A DNA stretch of 64,000 nucleotides from assembly GCA_963664325.2 (NCBI GenBank), contig CAXXDQ010000003.1, positions 896,001 through 960,000 on the forward strand, written 5' to 3'. Below, piece after piece: positions 10,292-18,853 of the stretch (position 1 is its first letter; the number at the start of each line of letters is the position of its first letter). Below the pieces are notes generated by a model, which was not told the DNA's origin, searched no databases, and saw only the letters and a list, made by a program, of their open reading frames with translations. The stretch is from Desulfomonilia bacterium (lineage in GTDB: Bacteria; Desulfobacterota; Desulfomonilia; UBA1062). The translations under genes were made by a program, and so were the position numbers.

Positions 10292-12163
10292 TCATTTCCT
10301 GGGCCACACCTTGACCGTAACCGCCTCTCCTTTTGCATCGTGGATTAAAAGGATCTGATTTTCGTTGCACTGTTCGATCCTTCCTGATGAAGCCTCAACC
10401 CGGTACCCATCCGGATACTGATAATGCGGCAGGAAAATTTCAGTCGGGGCTTTTATCCTTTCATCTGCCCTGAAGGTGAGGGTGAATATTCTCTTCTTAA
10501 GGTCAAAATTCATTGACAATGGTATGCCGGCTGTTCTGCGGGCATATGGCCTGCAAAAACCGGCAATGGCCCTGCCTCCGGAGTCTATATCGGACGGGTT
10601 GTCCTGCTGGTCGCGAGAAAATATCGAATTGTCCTCCTCGTTCCAGTTGTCTCCGTGAAGGTTATTGTTGTCAGCGGTGTATGTCCAGATTGTTGCGCTT
10701 GCAAGATTTTCATCCATGGCGCCGAAATATGAATCGAGCGCCTGAATATGTTTCTTGTAATTGCCCGTGCGGTAGGCTTTGCCATCGTAGAGTTTGTACA
10801 TCAGACCGAATTCGCCAATGAGTGTGGGAGCGCCCCTGAGGTTGTTTCTGCTGAATCCCTTGATATGCGCTATCTGTCTAGCCATGGACTTGAGTACTCT
10901 CTTTTTCCCGATGACAAGCTTTTCCGTATATACATCTCCGGTGAACCAGGGGCTGAACCTGTTGCGATAGACCATGAGCACATCATACCAGTGGCTTGCG
11001 TTTACAATATCACCTGCATCGTCCGGTTCCATGTCAGGGAAATCCTTTCCGGGGACTGCCTCAATAAACACGAATGCCTCAGGGCTTATGCTCCTTATCT
11101 CACGCGCGAACCGGTTCACAAAGGGCTTGATGTAGTCATTTACAAAGCTCACCTTCCTGCCGTTTATTGTGTTGAAATAGTCAGGCTTCAGGATTTTAGG
11201 CCTGCCGTCAACAATGTCCCAGACGCCGTGCTCTTTCCACACGCACTCGAAGCCGTCTTTCCAGAGTTTTGCCCCCTCAGGATTGATCGTTACTTTACCA
11301 ATCTTTTTGGAGCCTGTAATGCGCATGATATACCGGTCGACTTCCTGCGGAATGCCGTCAGCCGCAGCCATGGATTGAAGAGGGCCGGGCGCAGCCTCGC
11401 CTATAAAGCGCATGTCTTTGAGTCCAGAAAGATCTTTGAATTCGATATACCCGCACTGCGGTTCGTTGAGGCTGCCGTATCCCACGATGTTCGGCAAATC
11501 CTTCAGCCTTTCCGCAAGATGCTTTATTGCATTTATATAGTGGCTCTGGAGGAATTCCTGCACGTTAACGCCTTCTATCATTCGCTTTGGAGCAAAGTCT
11601 TTTCCGCCGAAAAAAAGCGTAAACATGGTGCATGTGCCGAATTTGTAGTTGTTGGTGTCCCATATCATGTGAGGAATTGGGTTGCCCTGGATGTTATGGA
11701 CATAGGCGGCGCCCGTCTCGTGCATCTTCGTTATATCCATGCCGAGCAGTTCCATCGTCCACGCGGGCGCTCCATCGCCGCCGGTCCAGCGGCTCCACAC
11801 GTCCTGATGAGGGTCTATGAAAACGTCTATCCCGTATTTCGCGGCCTTCTCGAGAACGGCCATTACATAATCGATGTAAGCCTCGTCATATATCCCGGGA
11901 CCCGCATGCTCGATAGCCTCCCATGTAACTATGAAGCGCTCGAACGTGAGCCCCCAATGCCTGAGCCGCGCAAAATGTTCGTCAGCCTCGTTTAGCGGAA
12001 AAGGCCTGCCGATAAACGAAACATCCTTATAATTAAAAAATCCCTCCTTTATCCATGTCCCGCCGGGTTTTACCGGAATTTTGCTGCTCCCTCCGAGATT
12101 CACCCCGCGCAGCAAAAGCGTGCGGCCTTCATCGTCTTTGAACCATTCACCGTCGATTCTCAT
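10292..12163 (-). CDS. GH5 glycoside hydrolase, endoglycoceramidase/glucosylceramidase-like
   Basis: LRGVNLGG, IDPHQDVWSR, GGDGAP, NEP acid/base, IGEFG nucleophile, C-terminal beta-sandwich. Confidence 0.87.
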   Translation of the reverse strand: MRIDGEWFKDDEGRTLLLRGVNLGGSSKIPVKPGGTWIKEGFFNYKDVSFIGRPFPLNEADEHFARLRHWGLTFERFIVTWEAIEHAGPGIYDEAYIDYVMAVLEKAAKYGIDVFIDPHQDVWSRWTGGDGAPAWTMELLGMDITKMHETGAAYVHNIQGNPIPHMIWDTNNYKFGTCTMFTLFFGGKDFAPKRMIEGVNVQEFLQSHYINAIKHLAERLKDLPNIVGYGSLNEPQCGYIEFKDLSGLKDMRFIGEAAPGPLQSMAAADGIPQEVDRYIMRITGSKKIGKVTINPEGAKLWKDGFECVWKEHGVWDIVDGRPKILKPDYFNTINGRKVSFVNDYIKPFVNRFAREIRSISPEAFVFIEAVPGKDFPDMEPDDAGDIVNASHWYDVLMVYRNRFSPWFTGDVYTEKLVIGKKRVLKSMARQIAHIKGFSRNNLRGAPTLIGEFGLMYKLYDGKAYRTGNYKKHIQALDSYFGAMDENLASATIWTYTADNNNLHGDNWNEEDNSIFSRDQQDNPSDIDSGGRAIAGFCRPYARRTAGIPLSMNFDLKKRIFTLTFRADERIKAPTEIFLPHYQYPDGYRVEASSGRIEQCNENQILLIHDAKGEAVTVKVWPRK

Positions 12164-12182
12164 AAATATATCCTGGAATTGA

Positions 12183-12325
12183 GTAGACTGGAGACAGTAG
12201 ACAGGAGACAGAATAAAGGCAAAAAAGGGCTTCTTTTTATCTCGCCACCAATATTATAAAATCGTTTTAGTATCCAAATGGTTTTATGCATTTCTACTGT
12301 CTCCTATCTCCTGTCTACTGTCTTC
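12183..12325. repeat. Intergenic inverted repeat with arms of tandem 7-mers
   Basis: Left GTAGACT-GGAGACA-GTAGACA-GGAGACA (12183-12210); right TGTCTCC-TATCTCC-TGTCTAC-TGTCTTC (12298-12325). Confidence 0.85.
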
Positions 12326-12334
12326 TTATATATC

Positions 12335-13801
12335 TTAAAACGGATTCTCCGTCCGATACGGCTGGTCCTCCGGCTGGTTATAATAAATATCCTTGACGCC
12401 GAGCATCTTGAGCGCCTCGAAGATGGTTTTACCTGCAGGAGCCTGGACGACTGCGGTGTGGTGAGGGAAGCGTTTTTCGACGAGCACGTGGCGGTAGAAG
12501 CGGGCCATTTCCTTTATTGCGATAACAGCAATGGAGCCGAAGGACGGGGTGTCGTGGTCTATTATCCTGCCCTGCGCAATATAGGCGTTCAGTTTTGCGT
12601 CTGCGGTTCCCTGGAGCCTGAATATGGTAGCCTTACCCGGAGTCATTCTGCCTTCCATGGTACCGCGCGTGATGTCCGGGTCTTTGCCGTTTTCAAGGAG
12701 CCGGTGCATGATGAGCTGATATTTGAGCTCCGGATTCACCAGACATACAGACGGAGTATTACCGCAGTGGAAGCCCATGAAGAGGTCGGTAGGTTTGTAT
12801 TTTTTAAGCGCCTGGGATTTCTTATACATCTGGGCCGGGATGGTGTTGTTGATGTCCAGCAGCGTTGCGGGCATGAGGCCTGCACAGAGCGCGATATATT
12901 CACTGAGTGCGCCGTATATGTCCACCTCGCAGCTTACAGGTATGCCCTGGCCGGCGAGACGTGAGTTTATATAGCAGGGCACGAAGCCGAAGAACCTCTC
13001 GAATGCGGGCCAGCACTTGTTTGCGAAAACACCGTAAGAGCTTGCACCCAGGTTCCTGTCCATGAACTCGAGCAGGGCCGCCTCATATCTGGCCAGTTTG
13101 GGAATCAGGTCGGGGTAGGGGAAAGAGGCGATTTCCTTTTTCATGGAGGCCTCTATCTTTTTTGTGAGCGGGCTGCTTTTGGTATCCTCGTATATCTCAA
13201 GGAGATCGAGTTCGCTGTTTTCCATTATCTCTATGCCGAGGTCATAAATCGGCTTTATAGGGGCATTGCAGGCGAGGAAGTCCTGCGGCCTGGGGCCGAA
13301 CGTGAATATCTTCAGATATTTGAGTCCGAGCATTACTCTTGCGATTGGTATGAAATCCGCGATCATCCCGCTCACTTCCGACGGCGTTCCAACCGGGTAT
13401 TCCGGGATATAGGGGCACAGACCTCTCAGTCCGAGGTTGTATGAGGCGTTCAGCATGCCGCAGTATGCATCGCCCCTGCCTCCCATCAGGTCGCCGTCCT
13501 CTGCCGCAGCCACGAACATCACCGGACCGTCGAAACGCTGTGCGAGTAGGGTTTCTGGGCCTTCCGGTCCGAAGTTCCCGAGATATACAATCAGCGCGTT
13601 GACGCCTGCCTCGATGAGTTCGTCCTCGGCCCTTACAATGTCGTTTTCGGTCTCTACTATTGTGCTGATCTTCTTGATCTTAAGCCCTGATTCCGAGCAT
13701 TGTTTGCAGACCTCATCCCTGCGCCTTTTGGAGAGTTCGACAGGGAAGCAGTTTCGGCTTACAGCGACTATGCCGGGTACCACAAAAGGGATGTTTCTCA
13801 T
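12335..13801 (-). CDS. L-fucose/L-arabinose isomerase family protein
   Basis: GNFGPE, GDAYCG, KCWP, CEVDIYG, GFHCGN, FPHH. Confidence 0.85.
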   Translation of the reverse strand: MRNIPFVVPGIVAVSRNCFPVELSKRRRDEVCKQCSESGLKIKKISTIVETENDIVRAEDELIEAGVNALIVYLGNFGPEGPETLLAQRFDGPVMFVAAAEDGDLMGGRGDAYCGMLNASYNLGLRGLCPYIPEYPVGTPSEVSGMIADFIPIARVMLGLKYLKIFTFGPRPQDFLACNAPIKPIYDLGIEIMENSELDLLEIYEDTKSSPLTKKIEASMKKEIASFPYPDLIPKLARYEAALLEFMDRNLGASSYGVFANKCWPAFERFFGFVPCYINSRLAGQGIPVSCEVDIYGALSEYIALCAGLMPATLLDINNTIPAQMYKKSQALKKYKPTDLFMGFHCGNTPSVCLVNPELKYQLIMHRLLENGKDPDITRGTMEGRMTPGKATIFRLQGTADAKLNAYIAQGRIIDHDTPSFGSIAVIAIKEMARFYRHVLVEKRFPHHTAVVQAPAGKTIFEALKMLGVKDIYYNQPEDQPYRTENPF

Positions 13802-13982
13802 CTACTGATTCCTCCTGAAGTGAAAGATATGAATCATATTTTCTTACTTGCGCCAGATGTCAAGAGAAAGGAAACACCCGATACCATGGAATCTTATTTT
13901 AAAACAAAAAATGCTAATTGATTATGAAATCCTGACGATAAGCAATGTATATGCGCTCGTTAAAAAGAAGGAGGCAATCGAA

Positions 13983-14354
13983 ATGAAGGCAGGGATGATA
14001 CGGGTAACATTTATTATGATAGCGGGTCTATTGCTGACTTTCAGCACTGCATCTGCTTACAAGCCGACGGCGATAAAGATGAACTACGACCTTCAAAGCC
14101 AGTCGCTTTCGGTCTGGGTCGGCTATCATACTGGAGCCCGCTATACCAGCTATGTAAAGACTATAGAAATAAAGGTAAACGGCAAAACCTGCCAGAAATA
14201 CAACTACACACATCAAGCCTTCACAACCGGAACTGTCACACATTCCTTCAAGGTCGAGGCGAATCCTGGCGACGTCATAGAAGTGACTGCCACGAGCAGC
14301 ACGACAAATGAGTCTTTGACAAAAAGCCTGACTGTCGAAAAGGCCGGGCAGTAG
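13983..14354 (+). CDS. Small secreted beta-rich hypothetical protein
   Basis: RBS AAGGAGG, signal peptide ending ASA, beta-strand-rich mature region. Confidence 0.75.
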   Translation: MKAGMIRVTFIMIAGLLLTFSTASAYKPTAIKMNYDLQSQSLSVWVGYHTGARYTSYVKTIEIKVNGKTCQKYNYTHQAFTTGTVTHSFKVEANPGDVIEVTATSSTTNESLTKSLTVEKAGQ

Positions 14355-14430
14355 GGATTAACTGGCAATAACAAAGTCATTCTTGCCATTAATGATAATG
14401 AAAATTATTGAATGAGAAATCAGCTCGTCA

Positions 14431-14460
14431 TTGACAAATCCTCAAGTCGCCTGCTAATCT
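14431..14460 (+). promoter_or_regulatory. Sigma70 promoter for the B12 uptake operon
   Basis: TTGACA (14431) - 18 nt - TAATCT with extended-10 TG, immediately upstream of the riboswitch. Confidence 0.65.
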
Positions 14461-14472
14461 GATTTCACCCTG

Positions 14473-14811
14473 CTGCGGATTCAAGGGAACCCGGTGAGAT
14501 TCCGGGACGGGGCCCGCCGCTGTAAACGGGGACGGAAAAGGCTTTAAAAATAACGCCACTGTTAATTTAGCTGGACGTTAGAACAAAGCGGACCGCGAAG
14601 CGACGAAGCCGAGAAGCGAGGCATACTTTTAGCGTATGCCGCAGCGACCTTGGCAAGGAGCGACAAAGGTATGCGAAGTTATAACGTATAGCATACGGGA
14701 AGGCGATGCCTGATACCGGACGATCCGTAAGTCAGAAGACCTATCCGCAGGAATGAAGGCTGTTATCTGTCGGGCTCAGGACAATTGACCTTGGGGCAGG
14801 AAAGACCCCAA
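14473..14811 (+). ncRNA. Cobalamin riboswitch with translational expression platform
   Basis: AAGGGAA-CCCGGTGAGATTCCGGG, GCCGCTGTAA, GCCACTG...GGGAAGG, AGTCAGAAGACCT B12 box; P1 14473-14480/14743-14750; L5 GCCCG complementary to CGGGC at 14771; TTGGGG/CCCCAA hairpin over the RBS. Confidence 0.95.
14570..14692. repeat. ~123-nt palindromic (REP/MITE-like) element inside the riboswitch variable arm
   Basis: Ends GCTGGACGTTAGAAC / GTTATAACGTATAGC are inverted (12/15); apical hairpin GGCATAC-ttttagc-GTATGCC. Confidence 0.65.
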
Positions 14812-16688
14812 TGAGAAAAATAGTTTTTTTAATCCTTGCTGTGCTTGCCGTTTTCGGAGCAGCAGAGCTCCATGCCGATACGATCTATGTCATTTCATCG
14901 CCTGAAAAAGAAGATTCCAATGAAGTTGCGGAGGAACCGTCCGCCTTCGGCCAGTCCATAGATGCGACAAAACTTTCAGACAGATATTCCACGACCGAAG
15001 ACGTACTCGACCGCGCTGCCGGCGCGAATGTCCGCTCCATGGGCGGGCTTGGCAGCTATTCAAGCATCACCATGCGCGGGGCAGGATCAAACCAGTGTCT
15101 TGTTCTGCTGGACGGTCAGCGTCTTAACTCGCCTGCAGGCGGAGGCGTCGACCTTTCAAAACTTTCCCTGTCCCAGGTTGAAAGGATTGACATAATCCGG
15201 GGCAGCGACTCGGCGATATTCGGCGAAAGCGCCATGGGCGGCATTGTCAATATCGTCACCAAAGACCCTTCCGGTAAACCGCAGGCCGATGCGTCTTTGA
15301 CATATGGCTCCTATGATACATTAGACGCCAGGGCCAACGCCTCGGCGCCGTTAGGGGATCACCTGGGAATAACGGCAAACCTAACCGGCAGAAAATCCGA
15401 CGGCGATTTCACCTACATCAACAACAACGGGACCGAATATGATGATTCGGATGATTTTGAGGATGTGAGGCGCAACAACGCCTTCAGAGAATTTTCCTGC
15501 ATGGGCAAGGTCAATGCAAAAGGGGATATATGGAAGGCCTCTCTTTCAGGCGCAGGCAGCACATCAAGAAAACAGATTCCAGGTATTGTTACAAACCCCA
15601 CACCCGACGCATGGCAGGATTTCAGAATCAACAGCTTCAACCTTCTGGGAGGCATTAAAGCGGGAAAGCTCGACATCGACCTGAACGCCGGGAGGGTATG
15701 GCAGCACGACATATACAGGGACCCTGACGCCCCTCTTTATGCGGATACTCTGAGCACAACATATCAGGGGAACCTGGGCGCCGCATATCCACTTGGGCCC
15801 GTAAGGATCAAACCCGGGATCTCCTATCTGTATGAAAATATGGATGACAATATGTCCGGGGAATACAGCAGAACGACGCAGTCCGGTCTCCTGAGCGCTG
15901 AATACAGCCCGTGGCAGTTCGACCTGTCCGGCACCTTGCGCTATGACAACCCGTCATCATTCTCAGGGGAATGGCTGTACCGCCTCGGCGTTGTGTGGAA
16001 TACGGCTGATTTCCTGAAGATCAAGGCGAATGCCGGTACCGGCTACCGGGTTCCCGGATTTTATGAACTTTATTACAACCACGGCTTTATTGTGGGTAAT
16101 CCAGAACTTCTGCCTGAAAAATCATTCAGCTTTGACATCGGGCCTGTGGTGGAATTCGAGAAGGTGAGGGTCTCTCTAAACTACTTTGACCAGCGCTATA
16201 CCGACCAGATCGTATACGTGCTGCAGTCCGGGCTTTATTACAAGCCGTACAACGACAGCCAGTCAAAGGCCCAGGGCATGGAGCTGTCGATAGTGTTTAA
16301 GCCTCTCGAATGGTGCACACTTAGCGGGAACTATACCTATAACCGCGCAATCGATACGTCAGGCGAGCCGAACAGGGACGGCAACCAGATTCCGGGCCAG
16401 CCCAGAAACATTGCCAATATCCAGGTGGATTTCGATTATAAGGTAAAGGGGATCGGCCTGGGCGCATGGGCCTCATACAACTATACCGAGGGGAATTTCG
16501 TTACATGGGCGAACACCAAAAAACTGCCTGACAGGGATATCTACAATATCGGAGTCAAGGCCGGCCCGTACAGGCATGTAAGCATTAGCGCCGAGATAAA
16601 GAATCTCACGGACGAAATGGCGGTAGATCTGAGAGGCTTTCCGCTCGAAGGCAGGACATATTATGCCACGGTCCAGGCGGCATTTTAG
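14811..16688 (+). CDS. btuB: TonB-dependent cobalamin receptor (BtuB-like)
   Basis: Signal peptide, TonB-box-like DTIYV, plug motifs (MRG, LLDG, ERIDIIRGSDSAIFGESAMGGIVNIVTK), GNPELLPE, terminal Phe; B12 riboswitch upstream. Confidence 0.9.
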   Translation: MRKIVFLILAVLAVFGAAELHADTIYVISSPEKEDSNEVAEEPSAFGQSIDATKLSDRYSTTEDVLDRAAGANVRSMGGLGSYSSITMRGAGSNQCLVLLDGQRLNSPAGGGVDLSKLSLSQVERIDIIRGSDSAIFGESAMGGIVNIVTKDPSGKPQADASLTYGSYDTLDARANASAPLGDHLGITANLTGRKSDGDFTYINNNGTEYDDSDDFEDVRRNNAFREFSCMGKVNAKGDIWKASLSGAGSTSRKQIPGIVTNPTPDAWQDFRINSFNLLGGIKAGKLDIDLNAGRVWQHDIYRDPDAPLYADTLSTTYQGNLGAAYPLGPVRIKPGISYLYENMDDNMSGEYSRTTQSGLLSAEYSPWQFDLSGTLRYDNPSSFSGEWLYRLGVVWNTADFLKIKANAGTGYRVPGFYELYYNHGFIVGNPELLPEKSFSFDIGPVVEFEKVRVSLNYFDQRYTDQIVYVLQSGLYYKPYNDSQSKAQGMELSIVFKPLEWCTLSGNYTYNRAIDTSGEPNRDGNQIPGQPRNIANIQVDFDYKVKGIGLGAWASYNYTEGNFVTWANTKKLPDRDIYNIGVKAGPYRHVSISAEIKNLTDEMAVDLRGFPLEGRTYYATVQAAF

Positions 16689-16703
16689 AGACAAGGAGGG
16701 CAT

Positions 16704-18827
16704 ATGAAAAGGCTGTGTATATTTATTGTAATCGCATTCGTTTTTTTATACGGATGCGACAAGGCAGGGACAAATGCAGACATCGTTGGAGAGAGCCTTG
16801 ACAGCGGTTCGGTGGATTTGTCCCAAAGCGTTATCATTGCGAACTCGCTTGCGGAGACGCTCTCGGTCCTTGATGACAACGGTGCCATACACAATAACGT
16901 TCAGGTCACCGGTGCTGCCCCCAACTCGATTTTGTATGAAACGCCTTATGTCTATGTAATAAATTCCCAGAGCAATTCGGTACTGGTCCTGAACGAAAAG
17001 GACCTTTCAATTGCGGGCGAAATTTCAGTGGGCACGAACAAAAACCCCATGTATGCAGCAGTTGCGGGTGAACATATTCTGGCTGTAAGTGGTTTTATTT
17101 CTCAAACCCTGGACATTCTCGACACCAGCCAGAAAAAGGTAACCTCAAGCATCGACCTTTCGGCCATAACGCTGCCCTGCGATGTCGCCGGCATTGCCGG
17201 GAAAAGCTACCCTCAGGGTGTGGCCGTAACCGAAGGCAGGATATTTGTGGCATTGTCCAATCTTACCGATTACTATGGCGGCCTGACAGCCGCAGGTTCC
17301 GGGGTTGTAGCCGTATTTGACGCCGCCACGCTTGAAAGCCTCGGCACCGTTGTACTGGAAGGCGCCGATCCGGTTGATGTCAAGGCTGTCGGCGGAAAGG
17401 TGATAGTCGCCTGCGCTGGCCACTATGAAGGGGATATCACCAAACCGCAGAGCAAGGGCTTCAAGGGGGACGGCACCATCGAGATTATTGATGCGGCATC
17501 TCTGGGCCTTGATAAATCATATCACCTCTCAGCCGCACCGTTTTCTTTCTCCGTATCTTCTTCGGGCATCATTTATGCGACAAACGCCATGGGCGGGAAT
17601 ATCCCGGAAATCGACCTTGCCACAGGGGACATCTCATACCTGAACCTTGCAAGTGCGTTCATATCCTCGGTCCTCAGCGTAGACGGCATGCTTTATGCGC
17701 TGGATTTTTCCAATGACAGGCTTTATGTCTTGAATTCAGGCGGGACTGTTCAGACCCAATATACGGTCGGGGACGGCCCGATCGCCATGCTGTCCATTGC
17801 CCAGGTAACCGCAGGTAATTATATAATACCGAAATTGAGCATCAATCCGGTCCCGGCCCCGGCCGGCGCTGAAGTGACCTTCGACGCATCAGAGAGCCTG
17901 GTACCTGACGGCAGTTATGTTTTTACGTGGGATTTCGGAGACGGCCGGACCGCCGCCGGCGAGACGGTCAAACATGCCTATGACGAAGTAGGCGAATATC
18001 CTGTAACGCTTACGATATCCGGGGAAAAAGGCACCGCTTCGTCTTCACCGCTGCCTGTGATGATCGTTAAAAACTCTCCGTTTGCATCATCTGTGATCAG
18101 TTTTTCTCCTGCACCCGGGCAGTTTTTTAATGATCCCCAATACAATGATCCCGACAAGGCGCTCGGCCGGCCCTATGGCGGGACAAATCCGTATGTCCCT
18201 GACAACTCTTCGATAGTGAGCCTTGGAGGCTTCGGGGGTTTTATCACCCTGGCCTTTGATCATGAGGTGATAAATAACCCGGACGGTCCGGACTTTATTG
18301 TCTATGGGAATGCAATGTATGCCCCATATCCCATACGATGGATACAGCCCGGAATCGTCGAGATAAGCCGGGACAACGTTAGCTGGTATCTTATTGCCGG
18401 ATCATCGCTTGAAGGCTCGCCAGGCTCTCCTGCATATGCAAGGGTTGAGAAATATTACGCGGAAACCGGCCAGACAATGAGCGCCTATAAGCTTCCGTCA
18501 ACGCTGGCCGATAATATCGCAGACAATAAATATCTTATCTGGGGTTATGCCAATCTCAGCCCGGTGCTGGCGCTGCCTTCCGGCGCTGATCCCTTGGTTT
18601 TCTACACAACGCCTGATAATCCTTTCAATATTGGGATTGATCCTGGAACAGGCGGCGGCGATGCTTTTGATATCGAATGGGCAGTCGATCCCATAACCGG
18701 CGAAAAGGCGCATCTCGCGGGATTCAGATATATCCGGATCACAACTGCAATTGATGCGCAGCACGGAAACGGTCTCGGCGAGTACCGTACCAATATCGAT
18801 GCGGTCGCGGATATTGGAATCGAATAA
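16704..18827 (+). CDS. Lipoprotein: YncE/BtuG-like beta-propeller + PKD + BtuH-like C-terminal domain
   Basis: Lipobox LYGC; propeller repeats (YVYVINS, VG--P); PKD WDFGDG; C-terminal APGQF, VSLGGFGG, DFIVYGNA, WYLIAGS, GDAFDIEWAVD. Confidence 0.75.
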   Translation: MKRLCIFIVIAFVFLYGCDKAGTNADIVGESLDSGSVDLSQSVIIANSLAETLSVLDDNGAIHNNVQVTGAAPNSILYETPYVYVINSQSNSVLVLNEKDLSIAGEISVGTNKNPMYAAVAGEHILAVSGFISQTLDILDTSQKKVTSSIDLSAITLPCDVAGIAGKSYPQGVAVTEGRIFVALSNLTDYYGGLTAAGSGVVAVFDAATLESLGTVVLEGADPVDVKAVGGKVIVACAGHYEGDITKPQSKGFKGDGTIEIIDAASLGLDKSYHLSAAPFSFSVSSSGIIYATNAMGGNIPEIDLATGDISYLNLASAFISSVLSVDGMLYALDFSNDRLYVLNSGGTVQTQYTVGDGPIAMLSIAQVTAGNYIIPKLSINPVPAPAGAEVTFDASESLVPDGSYVFTWDFGDGRTAAGETVKHAYDEVGEYPVTLTISGEKGTASSSPLPVMIVKNSPFASSVISFSPAPGQFFNDPQYNDPDKALGRPYGGTNPYVPDNSSIVSLGGFGGFITLAFDHEVINNPDGPDFIVYGNAMYAPYPIRWIQPGIVEISRDNVSWYLIAGSSLEGSPGSPAYARVEKYYAETGQTMSAYKLPSTLADNIADNKYLIWGYANLSPVLALPSGADPLVFYTTPDNPFNIGIDPGTGGGDAFDIEWAVDPITGEKAHLAGFRYIRITTAIDAQHGNGLGEYRTNIDAVADIGIE

Positions 18828-18853
18828 AACATTATACAAACTGGAGGATGGAT

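Noticed and set aside
10748-11995. 415-aa antisense ORF (also 12278-12964, 24113-24949, 53178-54047 and similar)
   Set aside because: Shadow frames opposite well-supported genes, with no recognisable motifs
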